Shown: positions 37,355 through 50,001, counted from the stretch's first letter. The stretch is 64,000 bases of DNA from Gammaproteobacteria bacterium (GCA_016874535.1 VGUA01000002.1:18476-82475), one strand, 5' to 3'. The notes: generated from the letters alone by a model not told the origin. Numbers and translations are program-made.

Positions 37355-38179
37355 ATGAGCAAACGCGTGGCCTTCATCGGCGGCGGCAACATGGGCCGCG
37401 CCATCGTGGGTGGTCTGATCAGCCGTGGCCATGCACCGGGCGCAATCACCGTGGCCGAGCCGCTGGAGGCGCCACGCACTGCGCTGGCACTCGATTTCGG
37501 CGTCAACGTGACCGAGGACAATGCTGCGGCGGTGGCGGTGGCCGATGTCGTGGTGCTCGCGGTCAAACCGCAGCAGATGAAGGCCGTGGTCCAGCCACTC
37601 GCGGCGATCCTGGCCGATCGGCGCCCGGTGCTGCTGTCGATTGCAGCCGGCATCACCACCGAATCCCTTGGCCGCTGGATCGGCGCTGAAATCCCCGTGG
37701 TCAGAGCCATGCCCAATACACCCGCCCTGGTGGGACGCGGTGCGACCGGCCTTTTCGCTACGGCGGCCGCGACGGCCGCGGACCGCGCACTCGTGGAGTC
37801 CTTGCTGGCAGCTACCGGTCTGGTGGCTTGGGTGGAACAAGAATCGCAACTCGATGCCGTGACCGCCCTCTCGGGCAGTGGCCCGGCCTATTTCTTCCTG
37901 CTGCTGGAGAGCCTTGAACAGGCCGGAACCAAACTCGGCTTGCCTGCCGAGCTGGCGCGCAAGCTCGCCATCGAGACTGCCGCCGGCGCCGCGGAGCTGG
38001 CCCGCACCGCGACGGTCGATCCCGCCACCTTGCGCGCCCAGGTAACTTCCAAGGGCGGCACCACCGAGCGTGCCCTGCAGGTCTTCACCGAGGGTGGGCT
38101 GCCGGCACTGGTGGAGCGCGCACTGGTGGCAGCGGCGACACGTGCGGAAGAGCTGAGCCGGGAGTTCGGGGATTCCTGA
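37355..38179 (+). CDS. proC: Pyrroline-5-carboxylate reductase
   Basis: FIGGGNMG Rossmann motif and the C-terminal TSKGGTTE motif. 274 aa. Confidence 0.9.
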   Translation: MSKRVAFIGGGNMGRAIVGGLISRGHAPGAITVAEPLEAPRTALALDFGVNVTEDNAAAVAVADVVVLAVKPQQMKAVVQPLAAILADRRPVLLSIAAGITTESLGRWIGAEIPVVRAMPNTPALVGRGATGLFATAAATAADRALVESLLAATGLVAWVEQESQLDAVTALSGSGPAYFFLLLESLEQAGTKLGLPAELARKLAIETAAGAAELARTATVDPATLRAQVTSKGGTTERALQVFTEGGLPALVERALVAAATRAEELSREFGDS

Positions 38180-38751
38180 TGGGCGGGGGCTATTTCTCCA
38201 ATGCCGGCGTTTTCCTGCTGAACACGGGGTTCGGGCTCTACATCGGGGCGGTGCTGCTGCGCCTTTTGCTGCAATGGACGCGCGCCGATTTCCACAACCC
38301 GCTGAGCCAGGCGGTGGTCAAGCTCACCAACCCGGTCCTGCGCCCCTTGCGGCGGTATATTCCGGCGATCAGGCGACTCGATACCGCGAGCGTGGCCCTC
38401 ATGTTCGCCCTGCAGTGGCTGAACCTCTGGCTCATCAGCCTGATTTTTGCTGCGGGCCTCGGCTTCTTCACACTTATCGTGATGTCGGTGGCCGAACTGC
38501 TCAACAAGCTCATCTACCTTTACATGTTCGCCATCATCATCCAGGCCATCGCGAGCTGGGTGGCGACGGGTGCCTACAACCCGGTGCTCAGGATGCTCGA
38601 TCACCTCACTTCACCGCTGCTGGAGCCGGTGCGCAGGCTGCTGCCCAATCTTGGCGGCCTGGATCTCTCGCCTCTGGTGGTAATACTGCTGTTGCAGCTG
38701 GCCTTGATGGTGATCGTCGCACCGCTGACCGACCTCAGCGTGGCACTTTGA
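38179..38751 (+). CDS. yggT: YggT-family membrane protein
   Basis: Duplicated YggT repeats ([20 protein letters not shown] / [20 protein letters not shown]). Confidence 0.85.
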   Translation: MGGGYFSNAGVFLLNTGFGLYIGAVLLRLLLQWTRADFHNPLSQAVVKLTNPVLRPLRRYIPAIRRLDTASVALMFALQWLNLWLISLIFAAGLGFFTLIVMSVAELLNKLIYLYMFAIIIQAIASWVATGAYNPVLRMLDHLTSPLLEPVRRLLPNLGGLDLSPLVVILLLQLALMVIVAPLTDLSVAL

Positions 38752-38761
38752 GGCCGCAGAC

Positions 38762-39913
38762 ATGAGCGAGCATTTCCCTGCCGACTCCGTCGGGCTGGTC
38801 AGCCCGCAGTCGCTCGACTTCGACACCCCGCTTACGCTCGACAGCGGCGCGGTGCTGGAGCGTTACACCCTGGTGTTCGAGACCTATGGCGAGCTGAACG
38901 CCGCCCGCGACAATGCGGTGCTCATCTGCCATGCACTTTCCGGCGACCATCATGCCGCCGGCTATCACGCGGACACTCCGCACAAGCCGGGCTGGTGGGA
39001 CAACTGCATCGGCCCCGGCAAGCCGGTGGATACCAACCGCTTCTTCGTGGTTTGCCCCAACAACCTGGGGGGGTGCGCCGGCTCGACCGGACCGCTCAGC
39101 CTCAACCCCGCCACGGGTGAGCCCTTTGGCCCGGATTTTCCGCTGATCACTGTGCGGGACTGGGTGGAAAGCCAGGCCCGACTTGCCGATGCGCTGGGCA
39201 TCGAAACCTGGGCGGCCGTGATGGGGGGCAGCCTGGGTGGCATGCAGGCGCTGCAATGGGCCGTGGACTATCCCGATCGTCTGCGGCATGCGGTGGTCAT
39301 TGCCGCTGCGCCACGGCTCTCCACCCAGAACATCGCCTTCAATGAAGTGGCGCGGCACGCCATCCGGTCCGATGGCGATTTCCACGCGGGACGCTACTAC
39401 GAACATGGCGTGGTGCCTGCTCGCGGCTTGATGCTGGCGCGCATGCTGGGCCACATCACCTATCTTTCCGATGATGTGCTGATGGCCAAGTTTGGCCGCG
39501 AACTGCGCGACGGCAAACTCAATTACGGCTACGACATCGAGTTCCAGATCGAGAGCTACCTGCGCTACCAGGGCGAATCCTTCGTGAAGCGATTCGACGC
39601 CAACACCTATCTGCTGATGACCAAGTCGCTGGACTACTTCGACCCGGCGGCCAAATTCGACGACAGTCTGGCCAAGGCCGTTGCACGCACACAGGCCAAA
39701 TTCTTCGTCGCTTCCTTCAGCAGTGACTGGCGGTTCTCTCCCGCCCGCTCGCGCGAAATCGTTCGCGCCCTGCTGGAAGCGGATCTGGACGTGAGTTACG
39801 TGGAGCTCGAGTCAGAGCTCGGCCATGATTCGTTCCTGCTCGAAATCCCGCTCTATCACGCGGCACTGGCGGCCTGGTTCCAGCGCATCGCCTCCGATGG
39901 GGGTGTGCCATGA
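38762..39913 (+). CDS. metX: Homoserine O-acyltransferase MetX
   Basis: [24 protein letters not shown] (nucleophile elbow) and the C-terminal GHDSFLLE motifs. Confidence 0.9.
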   Translation: MSEHFPADSVGLVSPQSLDFDTPLTLDSGAVLERYTLVFETYGELNAARDNAVLICHALSGDHHAAGYHADTPHKPGWWDNCIGPGKPVDTNRFFVVCPNNLGGCAGSTGPLSLNPATGEPFGPDFPLITVRDWVESQARLADALGIETWAAVMGGSLGGMQALQWAVDYPDRLRHAVVIAAAPRLSTQNIAFNEVARHAIRSDGDFHAGRYYEHGVVPARGLMLARMLGHITYLSDDVLMAKFGRELRDGKLNYGYDIEFQIESYLRYQGESFVKRFDANTYLLMTKSLDYFDPAAKFDDSLAKAVARTQAKFFVASFSSDWRFSPARSREIVRALLEADLDVSYVELESELGHDSFLLEIPLYHAALAAWFQRIASDGGVP

Positions 39914-40524
39914 ATGCCTTGCGCGAGGATCAACTGTCGATCATCGAATGGATCGCGCCCGGCAGCCGCGTCCTTGATCTGGGCTGTGGCGACGGCGCAC
40001 TGCTGCATCACCTGCAGCGCGAGCGTGGCGTGACGGGCTATGGCGTGGAGATTGCGCCCGACAACATCATCCGCTGCATCAGCCGTGGCGTGAACGTGAT
40101 CCACTCGGATCTTGATCGCGGTCTCTCGGATTTCGATGACGCGTCCTTCGATTACGTGGTCATGACCGAAGCGCTGCAGGCCATGCGATATCCGCACCAC
40201 CTGCTCAGGGAGATGCTGCGCGTGGGGCGGGAGAGCATCGTCACCTTCCCCAATTTCGGGCACTGGAAATGCCGCCTGCAGATTGCGCTGGGCCGCATGC
40301 CAGTCACCGAACATCTGCCGAACACCTGGTACAACACGCCAAACATCCACATGTGCACCATTCGGGATTTCGAGGCACTGTGTGGCAGCGAAAGCATCGA
40401 GATCCTGGAGCGTCGTGCCGTCGATACCCGCCACCGGGACAGCCGCGCCATGCGCTGGTGGCCGAACCTTCTGGCCGAAGTCGCCCTTTACCGCTGTCGG
40501 CTGCAGTCCCCGCGAATCAGCTGA
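39910..40524 (+). CDS. metW: Methionine biosynthesis protein MetW
   Basis: [12 protein letters not shown] motif. It overlaps the metX stop. 204 aa. Confidence 0.9.
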   Translation: MNALREDQLSIIEWIAPGSRVLDLGCGDGALLHHLQRERGVTGYGVEIAPDNIIRCISRGVNVIHSDLDRGLSDFDDASFDYVVMTEALQAMRYPHHLLREMLRVGRESIVTFPNFGHWKCRLQIALGRMPVTEHLPNTWYNTPNIHMCTIRDFEALCGSESIEILERRAVDTRHRDSRAMRWWPNLLAEVALYRCRLQSPRIS

Positions 40525-41320
40525 GGCTGTCGGCAGCGGCGATCTCGGCGAGGGTGCCGCGATAGTCGAGGAGGAGTGGCGCGTGGTCTGAAAAGCGCTC
40601 GTCCTTGTAGATGGAAGCACCCATCACCCGCGGCGCAAGGCCGGGCGTGATGATCTGGTAGTCGATGCGCCATCCCACGTTCTTGGCCCATGCCTGTCCC
40701 CGGTTGGACCACCAGGTGTACTGCTCGGCCTCGCTGTTGATCTCGCGGAAGGCATCGACAAAGCCCACCTGCCCGAACAGTTCATCCAGCCACGCGCGCT
40801 CCTCGGGCAGGAAGCCTGAATTTTTCTGGTTGCCCCGCCAGTTCTTGAGGTCTATCGGCTTGTGGGCGATGTTCCAGTCTCCGCACAGGATGTATTCGCG
40901 TCCTTCGGCGCGCAGGGCCTTGAGCTCGGGCATGTAACGGTCGAGGAAATCAAACTTGGCGAGCTGGCGCGCCTCGCTGGAGGAGCCCGAGGGCAAGTAG
41001 AGCGAGGCGATGCTCAGGCGACCGAAATCAAGCTGGACGTAACGCCCCTCCTGATCGAAATCCTCCCAGCCCAGCCCGCAGCGGACCTTGTCCGGGGCAT
41101 GGCGACTGAAGATGGCCACTCCGCTGTAGCCCGGCTTCACGGCATCCACGAACCACGTATGCCAGCCCGGCGGCTCGCGCAGGGCGGGTTCGAGCTGGGC
41201 GATCTGCGCCTTGGTCTCCTGCAGGCAGATCACGTCCACGTCCTGCTGCTCCAGCCACTGGTAGAACCCCTTGCGATGGGCCGAGCGGATACCGTTGCAG
41301 TTGAGGGTGGCGATGCGCAT
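40517..41320 (-). CDS. xthA: Exodeoxyribonuclease III
   Basis: MRIATLNCNGIRSA...DVICLQETK is the N-terminus of the EEP nuclease family. 267 aa. Confidence 0.9.
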   Translation of the reverse strand: MRIATLNCNGIRSAHRKGFYQWLEQQDVDVICLQETKAQIAQLEPALREPPGWHTWFVDAVKPGYSGVAIFSRHAPDKVRCGLGWEDFDQEGRYVQLDFGRLSIASLYLPSGSSSEARQLAKFDFLDRYMPELKALRAEGREYILCGDWNIAHKPIDLKNWRGNQKNSGFLPEERAWLDELFGQVGFVDAFREINSEAEQYTWWSNRGQAWAKNVGWRIDYQIITPGLAPRVMGASIYKDERFSDHAPLLLDYRGTLAEIAAADSLS

Positions 41321-41457
41321 CGGGGATGGGCTCCTGGTGAAAGGGCTGGCGGGTCACATGCCGGCAAACCCGGCGGCGGGCGGTATGATAACGGCTCACG
41401 CGACGAGGACGTCTGTTCCCTGCCGCCTTACGCCCCCGACCTTCCACGGATACTTCC

Positions 41458-42123
41458 ATGCAGGCCTACCAAAAAGAGTTCATCGAGTTCGCACTGGAGC
41501 GACAGGCGCTCAAATTCGGCAGCTTCACCCTGAAATCGGGGCGGCAGAGCCCGTATTTCTTCAACACCGGCGTCTTCGACAGCGGACGTGCCCTGGCTCG
41601 CCTGGGGGAGTATTACGCGGCCGCGCTGGCGGCCAAGGCTCCCGCCTTCGACATGCTCTTCGGGCCGGCCTACAAAGGCATCCCGCTCGGTGCCGCGGTG
41701 GCGATTGCGTTTGCGGAGCGCCACCAGCGGGATGTGCCATTCTGTTTCAATCGCAAGGAAGCCAAGGATCACGGCGAGGGCGGCACGACACTGGGCGCGC
41801 CCCTGCGTGGCCAGGTGATGATCGTGGATGACGTGATCTCCGCCGGGACTTCCGTCAACGAATCGGTCGGCATCATCGGTGGTGCCGGCGCCGTGCCCTG
41901 CGGGGTGATCATCTCGCTGGACCGCCAGGAACGCGGCCAGGGCGCTCGATCCGCCGCGCAGGAGGTTCGCGCCCGCCACGGGATCCCCGTGATCAGCATC
42001 GTGACGCTCGATGACATCCTGGAGTACCTGCAAATCACGGGAGGGCGCGCCGCGGACAGGGCCGCCATCATGGACTACCGCGCCCAATACGGCGCGGTAT
42101 CGGGTGAAGGAACGGGGAGTTGA
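41458..42123 (+). CDS. pyrE: Orotate phosphoribosyltransferase
   Basis: [17 protein letters not shown] and the PRPP loop [13 protein letters not shown]. Confidence 0.9.
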   Translation: MQAYQKEFIEFALERQALKFGSFTLKSGRQSPYFFNTGVFDSGRALARLGEYYAAALAAKAPAFDMLFGPAYKGIPLGAAVAIAFAERHQRDVPFCFNRKEAKDHGEGGTTLGAPLRGQVMIVDDVISAGTSVNESVGIIGGAGAVPCGVIISLDRQERGQGARSAAQEVRARHGIPVISIVTLDDILEYLQITGGRAADRAAIMDYRAQYGAVSGEGTGS

Positions 42124-42169
42124 GACCGGTTCAGCGCCGGTTGAACCCGCATTGCTATACTCCCCGACC

Positions 42170-43697
<1,528 letters not shown>

Positions 43698-46097
43698 CTA
43701 GAAAGGCAGATGAAGTCCCGGCGAGACGGTATGCAGCAGATTGCGAAAGCGATCCTGCACGAGCGCCAGGGCGCCCTCGTCGCTGCCCTCGAAACGCAGG
43801 GTCAGACAGGGTGTGGTGTTCGAAGGCCGGATGAGCCCCCAACTGTCCTTGAAATCGACGCGTATGCCATCGATTTCGGTGAGCCGGCCATCGGGAAAAT
43901 CCAGGGCCGTGCGCAATCGCTGCATGAACGCCGCGTGCTGATCCTCGGGGAGATCGACGCGCAATTCCGGCGTGCTGTGCGCCGCCGGCAGGCGCGCAAA
44001 GATCTCCGCGGAGGATTCACCCGAATCAACGATGATCTCGATGAGTCTCGCGGCGGCGTAAATGGCGTCGTCAAAGCCGTACCAGCGATCCTTGAAGAAA
44101 AGATGCCCACTCAGATCGCCGGCGAGCAAGGCGCCGCATTCCTGCATGGTGTGGCGAATCAGCGAATGACCCGAGCGCGCCATGATGGGCTCGCCTCCTG
44201 CCTGACGAATGTCTTCGGCAAGCAGGTGCGAGCACTTCACGTCGAACACCACCTTGCTGCCCGGATGCCGCTTCAGGATGTGTCGCGCGAAGAGCATCAT
44301 CTGGCGGTCGGGCCACAGGATGCCTCCGGCACTGTCCACCACACCCAGCCGATCACCGTCCCCATCAAACGCGAGACCGAGATCCGCCTGTTCATGGGCC
44401 ACCATCGCGATGAGGTCGGACAGGTTCTCGGGCTGGCTGGGGTCAGGATGATGATTGGGAAAATCGCCATCCACCTCACAGAAGAGTTCGATCACATCGT
44501 GGCCCAGCGCCCGCAGGATGTCCGGCACTATCTTGCCCGGCACGGCATTGCCACAGTCGACGACGATCTTGAAGGCGGAAGTGAGTGAAACAGGGATGTC
44601 CTCGGTCACGCGCCGGATGTAATCCGGGACGATCTCCATCTCCTGCAAATCACCCCGGCCGAGTTCCTCCCAATCGCCCCGCTCGATGCGTCTGCGGATG
44701 GCCTGGATGGCCTCACCGGACAGGGTCTCGCCGTCCAGCACCAGCTTGAGGCCGTTGTATTCCGGTGGATTGTGGCTGCCGGTCACCATCACACCGGTGC
44801 GGGTGGCAAGGTATTGGCTCGCGAAGTAGAGCACGGGGCTTGGCACCATGCCGACGTCCAGCACGTCACGGCCAACGGCGCGCAGACCGTCCACCAGAGC
44901 GGCATGCAGTTCCGGGCTCGTGTGCCGGCCATCGCGACCCACAACCACCATCTTCTGGCCGCGCGCCGCCGCCTCCGCGCCGAAGGCGAGGCCGATGAGT
45001 CTGACGGCGTCCGCGGTCAGGGTTTCGCCCACCACGCCGCGGATGTCGTAGCTGCGGAAGATGCCGGGCGCGATCACGCCCGCCGGTGCGGAGGCCTCGC
45101 TCTCCGGCGACGGCGGCTCGAAAGCCGGCAGGGAATCCGCGCCTGTCTCCGGCGGAGGCAAGGGTGTCTCGGCGCGCACGGACTCGTCCGCGGCGAGTAC
45201 TGGAGGCACTTGCGCCACCGCGGAAGCGGCCTGCGCGGGACGCGGTGGTGCGGGCGCGATTGCGGGAGCCTGCTGGACCGCCCGGGCACGGCGGGCCCGA
45301 TATTCCATGACGAGCAGGCCGAGCAGCAGCAGCACCAGCATGGGCAGCACGACCAGACGCAGGTAATCAACTTCGATACGCCCGTCACGGGGCTCCAGCA
45401 CAAGTTGCCATGCGGTCCCCGCGATTGGCCGATTGATGCGGACTTCCGTGCCGGAGCCGGGCGCGCCGATACGGGCCACCACGATCGGCGGGACCCCATT
45501 CATGCTTTGCTGCACGGTCGCACTGGCGACTTCCTGGCGGGTCAGCAGCGCGGGCAGCTTCTCGCGCAGGGCGCCGGCATCCAGGCTTACATGCAAAAAG
45601 CCTTCGACCGTGCCCTCGGCGGGCAGTCGGCGGGCAAGTTCGAGATGCTCCTCCGGCGTGCCGGCGGCATGGACCTCGATACCCGAAGCCCCCGGCCCGC
45701 GTTCCGCCTTGAGCAGAAGATCCAGCGAGGCATAGGTGAACGGGGGATTCGCCGCAGGGTCGGTCTGCATCTGCCCGCGCCGGATGAGGCGAACGCGCAG
45801 CGCACCGGGAATCGCGGACGCCAGCCGGTTTTCCAGCGCCTCGGTGGGCTGGCCGTCACTGAGCGCTGCCAGCAACAGCGGATCCCGCACCAGAATATCC
45901 ACGGCCTCCAGCGGGGCTTTGAGCAGGGCCGCAATGTCGCGGGCGAGCGCGCTGGCGCTCTCTTCCAAAGCCTGCGCGCGGGCTTCCTCGGCGCGGGTCT
46001 GGTGCTGGTCATAGAGCCACAGCCCCCCGGCCGCCACGCCAGCCAACAGCAGGATGGGCGGGAGAATGCGCCGCAAGCCCGGTGGCAGCGCCACACC
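43698..46097 (-). CDS. algC: Phosphomannomutase/phosphoglucomutase (AlgC-type) with an in-frame N-terminal two-TM extension of about 330 aa
   Basis: The catalytic part (about 43698-45080) has FRSYDIRG, the phosphoserine loop TGSHNPPEYNG, the Mg loop FDGDGDR and the C-terminal SNTTP. There is no stop codon between it and the upstream TM / periplasmic-like / TM / Pro-Ala linker region. The N-terminal start is uncertain (GTG 46097 is shown; an internal GTG near 45078 would give the short form). Confidence 0.75.
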   Translation of the reverse strand, partial: GVALPPGLRRILPPILLLAGVAAGGLWLYDQHQTRAEEARAQALEESASALARDIAALLKAPLEAVDILVRDPLLLAALSDGQPTEALENRLASAIPGALRVRLIRRGQMQTDPAANPPFTYASLDLLLKAERGPGASGIEVHAAGTPEEHLELARRLPAEGTVEGFLHVSLDAGALREKLPALLTRQEVASATVQQSMNGVPPIVVARIGAPGSGTEVRINRPIAGTAWQLVLEPRDGRIEVDYLRLVVLPMLVLLLLGLLVMEYRARRARAVQQAPAIAPAPPRPAQAASAVAQVPPVLAADESVRAETPLPPPETGADSLPAFEPPSPESEASAPAGVIAPGIFRSYDIRGVVGETLTADAVRLIGLAFGAEAAARGQKMVVVGRDGRHTSPELHAALVDGLRAVGRDVLDVGMVPSPVLYFASQYLATRTGVMVTGSHNPPEYNGLKLVLDGETLSGEAIQAIRRRIERGDWEELGRGDLQEMEIVPDYIRRVTEDIPVSLTSAFKIVVDCGNAVPGKIVPDILRALGHDVIELFCEVDGDFPNHHPDPSQPENLSDLIAMVAHEQADLGLAFDGDGDRLGVVDSAGGILWPDRQMMLFARHILKRHPGSKVVFDVKCSHLLAEDIRQAGGEPIMARSGHSLIRHTMQECGALLAGDLSGHLFFKDRWYGFDDAIYAAARLIEIIVDSGESSAEIFARLPAAHSTPELRVDLPEDQHAAFMQRLRTALDFPDGRLTEIDGIRVDFKDSWGLIRPSNTTPCLTLRFEGSDEGALALVQDRFRNLLHTVSPGLHLPF

Positions 46098-46110
46098 CAG
46101 CGAGGAGAGA

Positions 46111-47376
46111 TCAGGCAGGCGTCTTGGCACGAAGGCGCTCCGCGATGAGGGCGACGAGCCGCCGTGCGAGGAGCTCCTTGTCCGCACGTTCGAGTACCTG
46201 GTCGCCGCCCGCCCAGACCACATGCAGGGCATTCTCGTCGGCATCAAAACCGCTGCCGGGTACGCCCACGAGATTGGCCGCGACCATGTCGAGTTTCTTG
46301 CGCGTGAGCTTGGCCCGCGCATAGGTGAGGAGATCGCGCGTCTCGGCGGCGAAACCGACCGTGAACGGTGGCGCGGGCAGGGCGGCGACGGCGGCCAGGA
46401 TGTCGGTGGTGGGCTTGAGTACGAGCGTGAGTTCTCCGTCCTGCTTCTTCACCTTGTGTGCCGCCGGGTCGGCGATGGTGTAGTCCGCCACCGCAGCGGT
46501 CGCGATGAAGAGATCACACGCACCGGCGCGGGCCATGACCGCGGCATGCATGTCGGCGGCAGACTGGACTGCGACTGTCTCCACACCGGCCGGTGGGGCA
46601 AGCGCGGTGGGTCCGCTGACCAGCACCACTTCAGCGCCGGCCGCCCGGGCGGCTTTCGCCACCGCATAGCCCATCTTGCCCGAGCTGCGGTTGGTGATGA
46701 CTCGAACCGGGTCAATGGACTCCTGGGTCGGACCGGCAGTAAGGAGCACGCGCCTGCCCGCCAAGGGCTGGTCGGGCGCCTTGCCCAGCAGGGCCTGCAC
46801 GATTTCCTCAGGCTCCTGCATGCGCCCGGGTCCGGTCTCACCACAGGCCTGGGCCCCTTCCGCGGGCCCGAGCATCGTCACACCCCGGGACTCGAGCACG
46901 CTCACGTTGTGGCGGGTGGCGGCATGGGCCCACATGAGTCGATTCATCGCCGGGGCAACAAAGAGTGGGGCATCACTTGCAAGACAGACCGTGGCGGCCA
47001 GATCGTCCGCCATGCCTGCCGCGAGGCGCGCCAGGAAATCCGCCGAGGCCGGCGCCACCAGAATGCGGGTGGCCCAGCGGGCGAGCTCGATGTGGCCCAT
47101 CGCAGCCTCGGCTGCAGGATCCAGCAGGTCGGTATGCACGGGTTGGCCGGAGACCGCCTGAAAGGTCAGGGGCTGGATGAAAGCCTGCGCGCCCCGGGTC
47201 ATCACCACTCGGACCTCTGCCCCGGCCTCGCGCAGCAGGCGGACAACGGCGGGCGCTTTGTAGGCGGCAATCCCGCCTGTCACAATGAGGCAGACGCGTT
47301 CATGGATGAACCCGTTCACACTGACCACCCCGTCCTGACTGATTTGCCCATCGTGCGCGGATTCTAGCCGATGCAT
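46111..47376 (-). CDS. coaBC: Bifunctional phosphopantothenoylcysteine decarboxylase / synthetase
   Basis: [11 protein letters not shown] flavoprotein motif and the C-terminal CoaB domain ([10 protein letters not shown]). The start may be a GTG about 19 codons downstream of ATG 47376. Confidence 0.85.
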   Translation of the reverse strand: MHRLESAHDGQISQDGVVSVNGFIHERVCLIVTGGIAAYKAPAVVRLLREAGAEVRVVMTRGAQAFIQPLTFQAVSGQPVHTDLLDPAAEAAMGHIELARWATRILVAPASADFLARLAAGMADDLAATVCLASDAPLFVAPAMNRLMWAHAATRHNVSVLESRGVTMLGPAEGAQACGETGPGRMQEPEEIVQALLGKAPDQPLAGRRVLLTAGPTQESIDPVRVITNRSSGKMGYAVAKAARAAGAEVVLVSGPTALAPPAGVETVAVQSAADMHAAVMARAGACDLFIATAAVADYTIADPAAHKVKKQDGELTLVLKPTTDILAAVAALPAPPFTVGFAAETRDLLTYARAKLTRKKLDMVAANLVGVPGSGFDADENALHVVWAGGDQVLERADKELLARRLVALIAERLRAKTPA

Positions 47377-47431
47377 TCGCCGGGCAGACAGCCGGCCGGG
47401 GGGCCCTCACACGCAATACAAGGATGTTTAC

Positions 47432-48106
47432 ATGCGTATCAAGGACTGGCCGGCGGGCGAGCGTCCGCGGCAACGATTGATGGCGGCAGGGCCGGGTGCC
47501 CTGTCCGATGCCGAGTTGATGGCGGCCCTGCTGGGCGTGGGGCGCGCGGGCGAGGATGCCGTCGCGCTCTCGCGTCGCATTCTGCAGCAGACCGGTGGCC
47601 TGCGAGCGCTGTTCGAGCTGCCGCTGGCTGACTTCGGGCGACTGCCGGGCCTCGGGCAGACCCGCTGGGTGCAGTTGCAGGCGGCCCTCGAGCTCTGCCG
47701 GCGCTACCTGCGCAGCACACTCGAACGAGAGGGTCCGCTCACTGACCCCGGCGCGGCGCGGAGCTACCTCTCCGCGCAATTCAAATCCCTGGAGCGGGAA
47801 GTCTTCGCTTGCCTGTTCCTGGATGCCCGACACCAGATCATCGCCTTCGAGGTGTTGTTCCAGGGCACACTCGATTGCGCCACCGTGCACCCGCGCGAAG
47901 TGGTGCGGCGTGCGCTGGGCCTGAACGCGGGCGCGGTGATCCTCGCCCACAATCACCCTTCCGGGGTGGCGGAGCCGAGCATGGCGGACCGCGCGCTCAC
48001 GCGCCGTCTGTGCGAGGCCTTGAGTCTGGTCGAGATCAGGGTGATCGACCATCTGGTGGTCGGCGACGGGGCCGCCACCAGCTTCGCCGAGCGCGGCTGG
48101 TTGTAA
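47432..48106 (+). CDS. radC: RadC-family JAB-domain protein
   Basis: The N-terminal [16 protein letters not shown] and the JAMM motif HNHPSG. Confidence 0.9.
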   Translation: MRIKDWPAGERPRQRLMAAGPGALSDAELMAALLGVGRAGEDAVALSRRILQQTGGLRALFELPLADFGRLPGLGQTRWVQLQAALELCRRYLRSTLEREGPLTDPGAARSYLSAQFKSLEREVFACLFLDARHQIIAFEVLFQGTLDCATVHPREVVRRALGLNAGAVILAHNHPSGVAEPSMADRALTRRLCEALSLVEIRVIDHLVVGDGAATSFAERGWL

Positions 48107-48117
48107 AGTGCCTCTAC

Positions 48118-48145
48118 GGCCCCGTCACCGTGCGTGACAGGGGCC
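48118..48145 (+). terminator. GC-rich stem-loop 12 nt after the radC stop (11-bp stem with one bulge, no U-tract)
   Basis: GGCCCCGTCAC cgtgc GTGACaGGGGCC, read directly. It lacks a T-run, so it may be a REP-like or stabilising hairpin rather than an intrinsic terminator. Confidence 0.35.
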
Positions 48146-48197
48146 GGCAATCAGGCTAGGATCGCGCGCCCTGCCAGCAGTAACCAGGCGAAATAAC

Positions 48198-48434
48198 ATG
48201 TCCCGAGTCTGTCAAGTCACCGGCAAAGGTCCGATCAGCGGCAACAATGTGTCGCATGCGAACAACAAGACCCGCCGTCGCTACCTGCCCAATCTGCATT
48301 ACCGTCGCCTGTGGGTCGAAAGTGAACAGCGCTGGGTGAGCCTCCGCGTGAGCTCCCACGGCCTGCGCATCATCGACAAGGTCGGCATCGACCAGGTTCT
48401 CAAGGATATTCGTGCGCGCGGCGTGCGCGTCTGA
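48198..48434 (+). CDS. rpmB: 50S ribosomal protein L28
   Basis: [33 protein letters not shown] is the canonical L28 sequence. Confidence 0.95.
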   Translation: MSRVCQVTGKGPISGNNVSHANNKTRRRYLPNLHYRRLWVESEQRWVSLRVSSHGLRIIDKVGIDQVLKDIRARGVRV

Positions 48435-48445
48435 GGAGCAAGACC

Positions 48446-48601
48446 ATGCAGGAAAAAATCAAACTCGTGTCCAGCGCCGGTACCGGCCATTTCTATACGA
48501 CCACCAAGAACAAGCGCAATCATCCGGAAAAGCTGTCGCGCAACAAGTTCGATCCGGTGGTGCGCAAGCATGTGCCGTACACGGAAAGCAAGATCAAGTA
48601 A
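48446..48601 (+). CDS. rpmG: 50S ribosomal protein L33
   Basis: A 51-aa ORF not in the supplied track (below its length cutoff). [51 protein letters not shown] is the canonical L33 sequence. GAGGAG lies 7 nt upstream. Confidence 0.9.
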   Translation: MQEKIKLVSSAGTGHFYTTTKNKRNHPEKLSRNKFDPVVRKHVPYTESKIK

Positions 48602-48636
48602 TTCTCGGCCGAGGCTGTCACTGACAGCCCAGCAAT

Positions 48637-48662
48637 AAAAAACCCGCTCAGGCGGGTTTTTT
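48637..48662. terminator. Bidirectional rho-independent terminator
   Basis: AAAAAACCCGC tcag GCGGGTTTTTT. The GC stem is flanked by an A-run and a T-run, and sits between the convergent rpmG and desaturase genes. Confidence 0.7.
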
Positions 48663-48733
48663 ATTGGGCGGGTGCCGGCGGAATGTCGGCGCTGGTAGGC
48701 GCCCCCGCCCCCCCCCGCAGGCCCAGGCCGAAC

Positions 48734-49897
48734 TCAAGGCGCGTAGGCTTGCACCCGACGGGAGAAATCGGCCAGTGCGGCGATGCCCGTCGTTTCCGCC
48801 TCACGGCACCATTCCTGCAATTTCTCCAGCAAGGTTTCCTGACTGGCGGTGCGTTCGGTGAAGAGGGCACCGAGGCGTTGCTGGAACTGGTAGACGACCG
48901 CGAGCGTCCGGCTGGCCGCCAGGCCTTGGGACAGGGCGGCCTCGTCCTCGGGCCCGAGCAGAACGGGCGAACGACTGAGCAAGCCGCGCAAGGGACGCAA
49001 GGTCTCACGGGCGGGCGGAGCCGCGCCGCTCACTTCCTCCCGATGCACACGCCGCACCACGCGCTGGGCGTAATCCGCCATCACCTGCCACTGGGCGGCG
49101 ATCATCGCGCGCAGGGTTTCCTGATCAAGCCCGGGTTCGCGGCGGTCGGCGCGCAGGCGGGGCGCCACCTTCTTCACGCGCGCCAGCCCCAGCCCTTCCA
49201 GGGCCCTGATCCAGCACCAACCGATATCGAGCTCCCAAGGCTTCATCGAGAAACGGGCCGAGCTCGCGAACGCATGGTGATTGTTGTGCAGCTCTTCACC
49301 ACCGATGAGGATGCCCCACGGCGTGAGATTGGTTGAGCTGTCACGGGATTCGAAATTGCGGTAGCCGCGCCAGTGCGCGGTGCCGTTGATAACGCCGGCT
49401 GCGAAGAACGGAATCCAGGCCATCTGCACCGCCCAGATGGTGAGTCCGATGGTGCCGAAGAGCAGGACATTCGTAAGCAGCATGAGGCTCACGCCAATCC
49501 GGTCGTGGCGGAACACGTGGCGCTCCAGCCAGTCATCCGCCGTGCCATGACCATATTTCGCGAGCGTCTCGGGGTTCGCCGCTTCCAGGCGATAAAGCTC
49601 CGCCCCCTGCCACAGCACCTTGCGGATACCGTGAATCATCGGGCTGTGCGGATCGGCCTCGGTTTCGACGAAGGCGTGGTGCTTGCGATGCACGGCCGTC
49701 CAGGAGCGGGTGGTCATGCCGGTGGTGAGCCACAACCAGGTGCGAAAGAAGAGCGCCACGGCCGGATGCAGATCGAGCGCCCGATGCGCCTGGTGGCGAT
49801 GAAGATAGATGGTCACGCCGAGGATGGTGACGTGCGTGAGGCCCAGGGTAACGAGGACATATGCCCACCAGGGCAGGTTCAGAAAGCCATTGAACAT
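48734..49897 (-). CDS. Membrane acyl-CoA/lipid delta-9-type fatty acid desaturase
   Basis: Three His boxes (HRHQAH, HRKHH, HNNHH) and N-terminal TM helices. 387 aa. Confidence 0.85.
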   Translation of the reverse strand: MFNGFLNLPWWAYVLVTLGLTHVTILGVTIYLHRHQAHRALDLHPAVALFFRTWLWLTTGMTTRSWTAVHRKHHAFVETEADPHSPMIHGIRKVLWQGAELYRLEAANPETLAKYGHGTADDWLERHVFRHDRIGVSLMLLTNVLLFGTIGLTIWAVQMAWIPFFAAGVINGTAHWRGYRNFESRDSSTNLTPWGILIGGEELHNNHHAFASSARFSMKPWELDIGWCWIRALEGLGLARVKKVAPRLRADRREPGLDQETLRAMIAAQWQVMADYAQRVVRRVHREEVSGAAPPARETLRPLRGLLSRSPVLLGPEDEAALSQGLAASRTLAVVYQFQQRLGALFTERTASQETLLEKLQEWCREAETTGIAALADFSRRVQAYAP

Positions 49898-50001
49898 CCG
49901 GTTCTCTCTCGTGTGAAGACTCGCAAGGCCTCATTCCGGGGGGATGAAGCGCACCCCATGATCACTGATTCGCAGCGCGGCAGGCAATCACGGAAACCGC
50001 C

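Noticed and set aside
46098-46322. Upstream part of the 874-aa ORF 43698-46322, as the AlgC start.
   Set aside because: That part overlaps the 3' end of coaBC in another frame and translates to Ser/Arg/Trp-rich sequence unlike a protein. The credible extension begins after the coaBC stop.
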